From assembly GCF_009914755.1 (NCBI RefSeq), contig NC_060940.1: 64,000 nt of DNA, one strand, 5' to 3'. This document shows positions 32,524 to 46,371 of this stretch, one piece after another. The stretch's first letter is position 1. The number at the start of each line of letters is the position of its first letter. A program made the translations under genes and the position numbers. This DNA comes from the human T2T-CHM13v2.0 reference genome, Homo sapiens. The notes under the pieces were generated by a model, which did no database searches, had not been told where the DNA came from, and saw nothing but the letters and a program-made list of their open reading frames with translations.

Positions 32524-32702
32524 CCCCCAAAGGTTATCTAAATTCATAGGCAATGTGCATCTCTGGGAGCTTCCCTACTCAAAGGTTAACTGTGAAGCCT
32601 ATATTTGCTTAAGAGATAAGAACTTAACAAGGAAAAACAGAGAAGAGCAGACAGTTGAAGAGTCCCAACACCTTCTTTACAAATACAAACCCAGGGAGTC
32701 AT
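32524..32702 (+). repeat. Copy B of a ~180-bp local direct duplication
   Basis: See copy A. Confidence 0.95.
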
Positions 32703-33186
32703 TGTTGAAAGAAACAATAGCCCAACAATAGATGTTAAATCCGTAGCTTTAAGCCCGCTCAAGAAAATGCTAAAGACGAGAGTATATTCTAATTGTTGGA
32801 ACAGTGTCTTTTTAAGAAATCTTCCTTTTTAAAATTTTTATTCTTAATATTTTTGACAAAAATAGAAAGTAATCTGTAAAACTCTTCTTTCGAATCGCAT
32901 AACCCATCCCGACATCAGTGGGTCACACAAGTATACTAATCCCATGGAGGTGAAAGTGGAGAAGAGAATGAACATGTTCAAAAGTAATCTTACATATCAA
33001 AAGTGTTTAAATGCATTTTTGTAAACAGTACCTACCGTGTGTATCTTATCTCACATCTCTAAATTGGAGATACACAGTAGAGGTCAGAATTTAAAAAGTT
33101 CTGATTACTCTTGCAATGAAGAAACATATTACAATTTAAATAACTCATGAGTCTTGTAGTTGATATTGAGAATCTCTGTTTCACAT

Positions 33187-33693
33187 TGTCGCAGCCGCCA
33201 GACTAAAGACATGGGTATCAGGCTTTCTGGGAAAGGACTCTCTAACAACCCCTGACTCTTTGGAGTTGGGAGCGTAGAAGGCAGCTGGACTTCCTGGGTG
33301 GAGTGGGGACTTGGAGAACTTTTCTGTCTAGCTAGAGGATTGTAAATGCACCAATCAGCACTCTGTGCTAGCTAAAGGATTGTAAATGCACCAATCAGCA
33401 CTCTGTAAAATGGACCAATCAGCACTCTGTAAAGTGGACCAATCAGCAGGAAGTGGGTGGGGACAAATAAGAGAATAAAAGCTGGCCACCCCAGCCAGCA
33501 GCAGCAACCTGCTTGGGTCCCCTTCCACACTGTGGAAGCTTTGTTCTTTCACTCTTCACAATAAATCTTGCTGCTGCTCACTCTTTGGGTCCACACCACC
33601 TTTAAAAGCTGTAACACTCCGCCAAGGTCTGCAGCTTCATTCTTGAAGTCAACAAGACCGAGAACCCACTGGAAGGAACCAACTCTGGACACA
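33187..33693 (+). mobile_element. LTR12F-like (HERV9) solo LTR with a HERV9 leader fragment at its 5' end
   Basis: Four ccaatcagca NF-Y repeats, aataaa, end ggaaccaactctggacaca; TSD acat at 33183-33186 / 33694-33697. Confidence 0.9.
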
Positions 33694-33755
33694 ACATGAC
33701 ATCTATTAATACCTTATAGGATATGCTTGGGAAAATGTTACAGTTAAGACATTTT

Positions 33756-34056
33756 GGCTGGACATGGGGACTCACATCTGCAATCCCAGCACTTTGGGAA
33801 GCCAAGGCGGCAGATCACTTGATCCCAGGAGTTCGAGACCAACCTGGGCAACATGGCAAAACCCCATCTCTACTAAATAATAATAATACAAAAATTAGCC
33901 AGGCATTGTGGTGCATGCCTGTAGTCCCAACTCTCAGGGGGCTGAGGTAGGAAGATTGCTTAAACATGGGTGGTTGAGGCTGCAATGAGCCATGATCCTG
34001 CCACTGCAATTCAGCCTGGGTGGCAGAGCAAGACCCTGTCTTAAAAAAAAAAAAAA
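33756..34056 (+). mobile_element. AluJ
   Basis: Dimeric Alu with poly(A). Confidence 0.9.
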
Positions 34057-34756
34057 ATCCTAAGCTTCATGAACCACTGCATCACACTGGCAGTTGCTAT
34101 TCCCTGGCTTCTTGCAGCATATATAGCCTGAATAATCCTGAAATCAAGACAGTCAGGGACCTACAAATGAGGTTGTACAGCAAAATTATCGATAAAGCAC
34201 TTTCTGTCTATAAAGGATGAACACAATATACTCCCTGGTAAGTGATACAGGTTGTAATACAGAAGGCAAGCCTTTTTGATCTCAAATGAATTTTTTTTTC
34301 TTCCTCTCTGACTTCTCTGTTGAGAGAAGGTGCAAGAGATAAGACAGAGAGTAGGATATTTTTAGCTGAGAAGCAGCTCTTCATAAGAAAGACAACTTCA
34401 GGGAAATATTGCTGGTAGGTACTAGATTTTACTCTATTTACCGGATGTGCATAAGAGTTCAATACTTATTGTTGAGTGAATCAATGTTTAAAAAAATTAA
34501 ATGATTTGAGTGCAGAGTAGCAGAAGGGATGCGACTGGGTGTCTATCCCACTTATGACTTCTGCTTAATGGCTTTGTGACAAAAGTTACAATATAAAGAA
34601 CTACGGTGTCAAGATATGAGACTGCATTGTCTTAACTTTCCTTTGAAAATAATTGAATAACAAAATATCTACTTCATTTCTTATTTTCCCCCCAAAACCA
34701 GTTTAAATATAATTCCTTGTTATTTATATTTTTATGTCATTAAAACCGCATATTCA

Positions 34757-35113
34757 CTATACAGCCATAAAAAAAGAACAAAATCATGTCTTTTGTGGGA
34801 ACATGGATGGGACGGGGGCCATTACCCTTTGCAAACTAATGCAGGAACAGAAACTCAAACATTGCATGTTCTCACTTATAAGTGGAAGCTAAATGATGAG
34901 AATTCATGAACATAAAGAAGGGAACAAAAGGCACTGGGGTCTATTTGAGGGGGAAGGGTAGGAGAAAGAAGAGGAACAGAAAAGATAACTCTTGGGTACC
35001 AGGCTTAATACCTGAGTGATGAAATAATCCATACAACAACCCCCCATGACACAAGTTTACTTATGTAACAAACCTGTACACTTACCCCCGAACCTAAAAT
35101 AAAAGTTAAAAAA
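34757..35113 (+). mobile_element. 5'-truncated older L1PA (L1PA12-14-like) 3' end
   Basis: cagccataaaaaaagaac...catgttctcacttataagtgg...gaacctaaaataaaagttaaaaaaa. Confidence 0.85.
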
Positions 35114-35145
35114 AACCTCCACATTCCAGTCTTTGGATAACTAGT

Positions 35146-35147
<2 letters not shown>

Positions 35148-35178
<31 letters not shown>
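35148..35178. repeat. (CAT)n trinucleotide repeat
   Basis: ~10 units seen directly. Confidence 0.95.
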
Positions 35179-35251
35179 GGCAGGTATATTTGAATGGGCA
35201 CTTTCTTTTTACCAGACATGATGCTGAACAATACACATATATTTCATTTTA

Positions 35252-35639
<388 letters not shown>

Positions 35640-36309
35640 TTAAAAAACTGTCCTAGGTTATTCAACTAGCGTGAAAATACTGGGATTCCTTTTTTTACAT
35701 ATTGCAATGGATTTCACATTTTACTATACTGAAGTCAAAAGCCTGAAGCAGCTTCTAAACTACCATTATCCTTTCCTCACCTACAGCACTTTTATAGGAT
35801 GTTAATTCCTTCATGCCTCTCTCTCCTCCTTTTCTCTTTACTTATTGAAAGGGTTATGATTTCCCCATGAGCCACTACATTAAACAATAAAATACTGCAG
35901 GTATCCCTCACCAAGAGGAAATACATTTAAAATTTAATAATGAAATCAATGGGAAACGGGATTTGCTTCACAAGAATTTGTCAACTTTGCTGGAATTCAT
36001 TCATTGTATAAGCTAATAGAAAACTTTGATGTGGAGAGAAATGGAACAAACTCCCAAGAAGTTACTGAATATTATCGAAGACAGTGGCCATGTCTTCTAC
36101 TTTATCTGTGTGGCTCCCAAAGTTGAACTCTTTAGAGCTGATGTTGACTAATTGTCTGTTAAAACGTCTTTTTTGAGATTTGTGAAAATTATAATTCTCA
36201 TTATTAATAGGAGTCAAAATAATGAGCAAAATAAACTATCATTTCTTCCATGGGTTTGTGAAATAGGAATAAAATACCACTACCACAGCTAAAGAATACC
36301 ACAGAAGAA

Positions 36310-36960
36310 CTCCATTCATTAATTAATTCAAAAATAAATATATTTTGAGCTCCCTTACTGTGCTAGGTGCTGAGAATATAATAATGTACAGTTGGATTTG
36401 GGAGACAGACTTATGGTTTTACTTATGGCATTTGTGTTGCTAAGTGTTATAAAAGATAGGTATTGGGCATCATGTAAGAATGAATAAAGAGGTTTGGCTT
36501 CATGGAGAAGTGCCAGGGAGAGCTTCTCAAATGAAGTAAACATGTAAAAGATTTTCAGAAGGCTGGGAGTTAGCAGGCTGGTTGCTGAAATGGCAGAGGA
36601 GGTGAATTCAAAATAGAGGAAATACATCATGAAAACCATGGAGGAAACAATCTATGCAAAAGTCAAAAATTAAAAGAGGCTAGAGCTGGAGGAATGCAAA
36701 TACTGTTGAAGAGGTTGCATGATCTGCAGAAGGTTGAATAAGCAAGCAGGGGCAAAATTATGCAATGTTTATTAGGGATCCTCGGAATGTTATCTCCTAT
36801 GGGCAATAAAAAATAATTTATGTGTTGTGCTGTCTCGAATAATTTTCACAAAATGCAAATCAAATTATATCCCCTCTATGATTAAGTGTAGAGCACATAT
36901 TGGGAATCAGAGCAAATGGATACAAAGAGATGACTTAGAATACCTAGGTAACAATTCAAG
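36310..36960 (-). mobile_element. L2 relic
   Basis: cattcattaattaattc...tactgtgctaggtgctgagaata; boundaries approximate. Confidence 0.6.
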
Positions 36961-36980
36961 GAGGATCTTCATTTGCATCC

Positions 36981-37289
36981 TGCTATTGTCTGTGTTTTTA
37001 TGTCTCCCTAATATTCCTATGTTGAAATTTAAATCCCCATGTGAGGATGGTAGGAGGTAGGGCCTTTGGGAGGTGATTAGGTAACGTGGGCTGACTCACT
37101 CTCCTGAATGGGATTAGTGCACTAATATAAAAGGATCCACTCTCAATCCTTCCACCATGTGGGGACACAGAGAGAACTTGTCAGAAGGTGCCATCTATGA
37201 ACCAGAAAGTAACCCATAACCAGACACCAAATGTGTTGGTGCCCAGATCTTGGACTTCCCAGGCAGCCTGAACTGAATGGACTAAGACA
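36981..37289 (+). mobile_element. MaLR solo LTR (MLT1A0/MSTD-like), internally deleted
   Basis: tgctat...gggcctttgggaggtgattagg...gatcttggacttccca...ggactaagaca. Confidence 0.8.
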
Positions 37290-37640
37290 GAGCTCAAGGG
37301 TAGAGGAATAAAGAGAACTATATAAATTAATACAAGACATATTAAGAATGTATAATTTTCATGGAGCAGAGCTTTCCATATTTCTCATACTTCTGCTATT
37401 CTTCTTCATCTACTTGATATTTTTTCTGTACAGGAACACTATTAATTTATTTCTTGCTCACCATGAAATACATTTTAAAATAACTTGTCATATTGTTATT
37501 AATGGGAAAACTGATGTCATATTATGAAGAGAACATTACAAATACAGTGAAAAAGAAAACTATATATAATGCTAGTTCTTGTCTCCCAAAATTTCTGAGT
37601 ATGAGACCAATTTTTCTTACAAAAAAAAAAAAGACACTGG

Positions 37641-37946
37641 AGCCAGTCCTGGTGGCTCATGCCTGCAATCCCAGCACTTTGGAAGGCAGAGGTGGGACGA
37701 TTGCTTGAGCCCAGGAATTCGAGACCAGCCTGGGCAACTTGGCAACACCCTGTCTCTACAAAAAAATACAAAAACTAGCCAGGCATGGTGGCACATATCT
37801 GTAGTTGCAGCTACTTGGGGGGCTGAGGCGGGAGAATCGCTTGAGCCCAAGTGGTCGAGGCTGCAGTGAACTGGGATTGTGGGATTGTGCCACTGTACTC
37901 CAGCCTGGGCAACAGAGTGAGACTCTGTCTCAAAAAGAAAAAAAAA

Positions 37947-37947
<1 letters not shown>
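37641..37947 (+). mobile_element. AluJ, followed by (TA)n at 37950-37982
   Basis: Dimeric Alu. Confidence 0.9.
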
Positions 37948-37987
<40 letters not shown>

Positions 37988-38507
37988 CCTTAATAACATG
38001 CTATCTACTATATAGAGACTTTCTCCTTCAAATATCAAAGGACTCAGAACTAAACATTGAATAACTGCTTCCAAGAGATTACATTTTGTTTAATGTTGTA
38101 TTGACCAACTCCATAAAATCGTCTCATTTAATACACCATGTTTGCAATGTATAATTGCCAGATTTAGAGGTTAACAAGGGGAGTAATGCACTAGGCTGAA
38201 CTCTTTTCATGTCAGGGCTTCCCATATCTTGCTAAAACACATTTTGAAGTTGGTTGTTCAGCTCTCATCTATCCACCATGGAGAAAGGAGGAGGAAAAAC
38301 CCATTATATATGATGTCCATCTTTCCCAGTTACTTGGTTCTCACCCTCTCACCTATTGAGGGTTTCACATCAAAACAATTATTCCAGTCCCAGAGCCAAT
38401 GATAATGTTAATAGTGTGGTCTCTATTAAAAACTGGGACTGGGTTTTAAATATCTTTGTATCCGTAGAACCTACAATTAAATTTGACTCATGATAAATAC
38501 TCGAAAT

Positions 38508-38788
38508 GCACTTTGGGAGGCCGAGGCGGGTGGATCACAAGGTCAGGAGATTGAGGCCATCCTTACTAACACGGTGAAACCCTGTCTCTACTAAAAATAC
38601 AAAAAAATTAGCTGGGCATGGTGGTGGGTGCCTGTAGTCCCGGCTACTCAGGAGGCTGAGGCAGGGGAATGGCGTGAACCCGGAGGCAGAGCTTGCAGTG
38701 AGCCGAGATTGGGCCACTGTACTCCAGCCTGGGCAACAGAGCGAGACTCCATCTCAAAAAAAAAAAAAAAAAGAAAGAAAGAAAGAAA
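38508..38788 (+). mobile_element. 5'-truncated AluY
   Basis: Starts at gcactttggg; TSD-like gataaatactcgaaatg / gataaatacaggaaatg. Confidence 0.92.
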
Positions 38789-39235
38789 GATAAATACAGG
38801 AAATGAATTTGCAAAACAAAAATACTTTTAAAAACCAGCCCAAGCTCATATAATTATTCAATTGTTGAATTCAAATTAGAGTAGCCTAAGTCCCAATCTT
38901 TAACTGTGGGAGAAGTGAAATATCTAAGCAATAATGAACACATCTGTAAATATAAACTCTGCTTTGTAGCAATAATATGAAAAACTAAGACATAATGAAC
39001 CACCATTATTTCATTGTATTTCAGCAGTAACCTTCTAAAGTGGGTATTGGATCCACTTCACAGATGTAGAAATGAAACAGAGTCAGGGAAATGGCATTAC
39101 CAAGTCCATAGACCTACTAAATGTGTAAGAAAAGGATTTGCACCTAATAAACGACATGCTATCCTCCACTGTAGACTATTGATATTCATATAACAAAATG
39201 GGTTACTGTTTTCTCTTCAGATGTCCTAGTACCTC

Positions 39236-39623
39236 TGTTAAATCAAGGTTAGCCTAAAGCTGCCTACTTACATACTTAAGTCAACCTAAAGATTTCTCTA
39301 TATATAATGAACCATAACCTAATGGAGGTATAAACAGACCATAACCTACTCTTGTGCCAATCATTGAGTTTTGGCCAAAGGGGCCAGCTGTTCAAACCAT
39401 GTTCAAATAAAGCAAACATCAAGCTGTAGCCAATCCCGCTGTTTGTGTACATCAATTCTGTTTTCTGTATGCCACCGTCCTTTTCTGTTCATAAACCTTG
39501 TACTACATGGCTGCAGAGGAGTCTCTTTGAGCCTCTGGTTCAGAGAGCTGCCTGATTTCTGAATCGTGCTTTGGTCAATTAAATTCTGTTAAATTTAGTT
39601 TGACTGAAATTTTTCTCTTAAAA
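39236..39623 (+). mobile_element. MER57 (ERV1) solo LTR
   Basis: Start tgttaaatcaaggttagcctaaagctgcc; 4-bp TSD cctc (39232-39235 / 39624-39627). Confidence 0.85.
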
Positions 39624-42600
39624 CCTCATAGACATAAACTTCATCTACTTTCTTAATTTTTTCTTTCTTTTTTTTAATTACCATTTACAAGAAAGAGTTT
39701 ATCATAAGGTCATTTAAAAGTGGTCACACAAAACTCTGGATAACTTTAAACAGGGAAATCCTAGCAGGAAGGATGTTTCTGATAGTCTGTAAAAATACAA
39801 ACCAGCTCAATTACAGTGCCTAGTATCTTGTAAAGATGCATCTTCTAGGGCTTCTGGAAAATTCAAAACTATTGGGTTCTCTCCATGGCAAATGTTTAAC
39901 TGCTGGGATATTCTTAATCAGTAAGTGCCCCCAAATACACAGTTCCATTATCACCGTTGCCATCTGAGAGTACAATAGCATGTAAATAAAAGCTATCCCA
40001 CAATTAAACAAACAGGTAGAACTGAGTTCTTTATTACAATAATTCAAATACCTTTATTTACATTAAAATTATTAAGCTTACAAATAATTGTATCCAATCA
40101 CTTAACTACATTAGTGTTCAAATAAAAGGAAGAAAATATTAAAATATGTTTAACTTTTTCTAAATTTCCATGTATAACTTAGTAATAAGACAAAGAGTAT
40201 CAACCCTGTAAACTAGTTGTCAAAAATTTGTATACACACACTATAGAAACACTCATATACATTCACTTTTTAAGAATATCTACACGCTGAAGTTAAAAAT
40301 CTCTTCTGATCTCCTTTTTTAAAAATGTTCATTGCATAACAGAAGTGATATTTATGTGTTTGTTTTGTTCTAAAAGAGGCAAGACAACCTTTGAAAAAGC
40401 ACAAGCCTTACCTTATCTTAAGGTAAACTCAAAGAAAATGTCTACAATTTACTCAAATAACCACTAACTCCAAATAATCCATCTTGAAAAAGAGGAAAGA
40501 AAGGGAGTAAATTTACATTGTGTTCTATTATATTCTTTAATGTTATCTAATTTCCAAACAGCATACCCAAGGTAATGCAAATTCTGTTTTATGAGGGCAA
40601 ATTAAGCCTAATATGCATAAACACAAAGCAGTATCTATTTTTACCATAAAAATACCAAGTCCCTGAACAGTATTTTTATGATGCTGCTTAACAAGTTTGT
40701 ATTTCCTTGGCAGGAATTTATTTTACTTCTCAAGTATAAAACAGAAATAAAATAAAAGAATAAAAATGAGGTAAAATGCTCAATTCTGTGCAACTCATTC
40801 CAACTTCAATAGTATTTTTATTGGTATTGATTTTCTTTACCCGGCACCCTCAGGGATGGACTTGAAGTTCTTCATGTAGGTGGTCTAGTTTGTAGGGTCC
40901 TTAAAACTAACATTGCATGATTACCTGCATTCTCTCCAACCCACTTTCATCCTCCTTGTGGTCAAAATAGTCCATATTCCTAGGTCAGTCCTTGTGTTCA
41001 ATAAAATGCAGACGCTTCATTAAGAACATTAGATGTACCTGGGTAATTTAGTATTTCCAACTGATTTTCAGAGTAGATTAGGTGTTAATGTAATATTGCT
41101 TGGCAAATCATTTCAGCAGAAGCAAGTTAGTAGAAATGGTTATATATTCAAAATTAGGTTTTGGCCAATTGATTCTTAATTACACAATCAGAGACTCAAG
41201 AGATCAAAGTTAATAGTCCTTCCTCCTCCCCTAAGACATGCAGATACACACACATACACACACATATGCACGCACACCTTGAAAGGTTCTAGCTGCTCTC
41301 AGGAATCAAAGGATATCCTGGCAGTATTTGTCTAAGAATAAAGCTTCAAATGTCTAAGCAAGACCACCTACAGTCTATCTGATTGTTCCCTTCAAGGAAG
41401 CCAGAAAGAATGTCGATTTAAGAGCCACAAGCAGCAGCTAAGTGTAGTTTAAAAGGAACACATTGGAAACGCTCTCTTTCTGTCAGAGTCACAGTTTGTA
41501 TGAAAAAGAACACTAGTTAATGTGACTTCAAGAGGTTCCAAACTATTTAAATAGCCATTCGGCTCAGGTACAAAAGAGAAGAGGGCAGGATATAGGATGG
41601 AAATGAAAAGACCAACTAAAATATATATAGATATATGAACATATATAGATATATGAACACAAACATACATATGCTCACACATGCACACGCATTCATTGAC
41701 TCTGTTCCAGCCACACAGGTTTTCTGAGTATGCCAAATTTTCCCATAACACAGATCCTTAGGACTTGTTATATTATTCATGCATGAAATATTTTCAACGT
41801 GATTTTTTTCATGTCTGGTTTCTCACTCTTCAATTTACAGCTTGAATGTAATCCCGCCTCTGCTGACCACCGTACAGAAAGCCATTTCCTCTCCCTCCTC
41901 TGGTTCATCTCTATCACATCTTTCCCTTCATCTTTATATTCCAAGAACCTAGTGCAGGGTCTGCTTTAGAACAGCCACTCAATACAATGTTCTGTTAATA
42001 CTGGGGACTCTATTAGATGGGTAATTCTACTTGGGTAATTGATAGTTAACATACGCTGCAATATAAATGTGCATTGGCTATATTACAGGCCATTCTAGGG
42101 ACTGAATAGAGTATGTGGAAATAAAAGAGTTTTTGCCCTCAAAAAGCTATATCTTGTGGGAGAGGGGGATAAATTGATCAAACCCTGTGGATGATTAGCA
42201 ATCAAGAAGCACAGAGCTTGGAAAGCCAAGCCAACCTGCATGAGACAGGGAAAATTCCTGAGGCTGATGATAGCCTAGGTGGACCATCTGGGGTTGAGCT
42301 AAATAAAAGAATGCTTGGAAGTGCTCTCCAGTCAAAAGAAAAGCAAGCATGCAGCCTTGAAGTCATGATTGTTCTTTGATCTATTTGAAAGTTGAATGTA
42401 CCTGTACGAGTATGATGATATGTGGGAAAGCAGCTAAACAAAGCAGAACTACATCAATATAAGAAAGCAATATTGTCACATTCATCCATAACAGCAACAT
42501 AATAAAATTCTATCATCCTTATAATTTAGGTCAACCCTTGTCAATTTGTCAAAGCCTTTTGTATACCATTGCTCTTTATCTATGATTCCACAGGGAAGCA

Positions 42601-43570
42601 AAAATATAAAGGTTAGAAGGGTGGGCTCTGGAGTCAAATTTCTCTAAAGCCTCCTGGCTGGAGAATCACAGATTTGATCCTCAGTTTCTTCATCCATGAT
42701 AGAGATTGATCATAATCTTCAGAATTATTTTATGAAGTAAAATAATGCATATGAAACTATTTGTATCAGGAGTGTCATATAATACTCAATAATTACAATT
42801 GTCACACTCTTGAAAACATTCTCCACATCTGAGATTATCTACTAAGATTATCTACTAAGAGTAGTATTTCAGAGACAATTTCCTTCTCTACTCAAGAGTA
42901 TGACACAGGAGGCTCTCCCTGATCTGACCCTGACCATTTCTTTCTAGCTCCATCTCCATCAGTATAACCCCCAGGCCATTCCCTGGACAACTGCCTTAGA
43001 GACCGTACAAAATTCCCAGCTACACACAGCCCGATCATAACTTTTCACATTCACACATGTTGCTTGTCCTCTCTGCCTGAAATCCTTTCTCTCATTTGGC
43101 CAACTTCTGATTTTCCTTCAAAAATCAACTTGATTCTCACTTTTTCTTGAAATTCTTCTTTAACACACCTTCTCCCCCATCTCCATCTCTCACCTTCATC
43201 TAACTTAAATACTTCCATTCTATTCCTATCTGTGGGCACCTCTCACATAGGAAAGGCCAGGCTCTACTATACTTATTCACCTGCCTGGCTGCAGAATTAA
43301 CTATAGACCTTGTGGTGCCCAGTACAAAACACAAATGTGAAAAAAAGAAAAAAAGACATCATTTAACATACTAAATATAAAGGGTGTTTTCCTTTCTTCC
43401 ACATCTCTCTTTTGCTTACGTGAATGCTTCTTTGTCCCATAGAACTTCACTTTTGAAAAATTAAGAATCTCGAGACAATGACAGCAGAGGATTCATCAAA
43501 GCATAGGGCCCCTTGGGGTAACAGACACCTGTGGGACTCTACTGGTTACTCGCAAAAGCCAGCCCTGCCT

Positions 43571-43578
43571 TATCCTCC

Positions 43579-43614
<36 letters not shown>

Positions 43615-44027
43615 ATATATATATATGTATGTATATAGAGAGATGTGTGTGTGTGTATATATATATATACGCATACATATATACACACACATACACAGAA
43701 AGAGACAGAGGGAGGAAATGTTTATTACACCTCAACAAATCTTTCTCTCTGTATGTGTGTCTGTGTATATACACATATATATACACACACATATGTATGA
43801 TATCTATATATCTATATATACACACACACAGAGACAGGGAGGATATGGTCATTATACCTTAACAAATCTCTCTCTCTCTGTATGTGTGTGTGTATATATA
43901 TATACATATATGTATATATGTGTGCATATATATGTGTATATGTGTTTATATGTAAATATATATACACACACACAGAGGGAGGATATGGTCATTATACCTT
44001 AACAAATCTTTCTCTGTATGTGGTGTA

Positions 44028-44094
<67 letters not shown>

Positions 44095-44570
44095 ACACAC
44101 ACACACAACATATATGTATGTATGTGTGTGTGTATACACATACATATATACATATATGTGTGTGTATACACATACATATATACATATGTGTGTGTGTATA
44201 CACATACATATATACATATGTGTGTGTGTGTACACATACATATATACATATGTGTGTGTATACACATACATATATACATATGTGTGTGTGTATACACATA
44301 CATATATACATATGTGTGTGTATACACACATATATACATGTGTGTGTGTATACACATACATATATACGTGTGTGTGTATACACACATATATACGTGTGTG
44401 TGTATACACACATATATACGTGTGTGTGTATACACACATATATACATGTGTGTGTGTATACACATACATATATACATGTGTGTGTGTATACACATACATA
44501 TATACATATATGTGTGTGTGTATACACATACATATGTAAAATACACACACAAACACAGAGAGAGTATACA
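43571..44570. repeat. Compound CT/GT/AT/AC/AG microsatellite plus ~22-26-bp minisatellite
   Basis: Three ~45-bp anchors (gggagga(t/a)atg..attataccttaacaaatct) and many gtgtgtatacacatacatatatacat-type units. Confidence 0.95.
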
Positions 44571-45132
44571 TATATTCTGTCCTCAGCACAAAGTCTGTCA
44601 CATTGCCATCACTCGGTAAAAGTGTTTAACTATTTTTTCTTAGTAATAAAGCGGGGAATATTGAGCCCATAAGCTGGTGCCCAAAAAGACTCTTGATGTT
44701 GAAAGAACTGCAGTATAAATAACTGAGCAAATGGATGAATTATTGCTAATTCAGAGCTGTTCCCCCTTTTTCATTCAGTTTGCTTACCTGTTGCCCTCCT
44801 TCCTCCCTCTCGCCCTTTCTTTCTTCCTTTGCCTTCCACTACCAATCAGTCTTGACTGGCTGGATCTTCGTGGGCAAACTGAAGAGTATACTTCATCCTT
44901 TTAAAAAAATATATTGCCAGACCTCTCGCTGCTAGCTTCAAGATTGTTCACCTCATGTTGCCCACTTTCCCTTGTCTGCATTCTCTGAGGATTTGCATTC
45001 AATAAAGTTATGAAAGTTCTATGAAAATCAGAGTAGCATCTCAGATGGGCTCCCTGCTTCTCCTCCTGTCTCCCTACAGGTCACCCCGCCCCTTAAAGAA
45101 GACAGAAGGATCTCTATAAGAACAGGAATTGG

Positions 45133-45890
<758 letters not shown>

Positions 45891-45936
45891 TATAAATATA
45901 TTTTTAAATTTATTAAAAAGGAGAGCAATACAAGTA

Positions 45937-46371
45937 CAGTTGACCCTTGAACAATACAAGGATTAGGGGTCCGAAGCCCCATTCTCCACACAGTGGAAAA
46001 TTTACTTACAACTTTGACTCCCCCAAAAAACTTAACTAATAGCCTTCTGTGTACTGATAATGTAAATAGTTGATTATCACATATTTTGTATATTATAGAC
46101 ATTATATGCTCTATTCTTAGAATTAAAATAAGCTAGAGAAAAGAAATTGCTATTAAGAAAACTATAAGGAAGAGAAAATATATTTACTGTGCATGAAGTG
46201 GAAGTGGATTATCAGAAATAACTTTATCCTCATTGTCTTCACCTTGAGTAGCTGAAGAGGAGGAGGAGGAGGAGGGGCTTGTCTTGCTGTCGCAGAAGTG
46301 GCAGAGGCAGAAGAAAATCTATGTACCAGTGGACTCATAAAGTTCAAACTCACATTGTCAAGGGCCAGCTG
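45937..46371. mobile_element. Tigger2a (MER28)-like DNA transposon
   Basis: TIRs cagttgacccttga / tcaagggccagctg with TA TSDs. Confidence 0.88.

Noticed and set aside
43700-44020. Repeat-spacer-repeat pattern resembling a CRISPR array
   Set aside because: Primate DNA; the spacers are microsatellites; only three anchors and no cas genes
43478-44672. Several 170-245-aa ORFs on both strands
   Set aside because: Translations of dinucleotide repeats (poly-Y/I/H/T/C/V); stop-free only because of repeat composition
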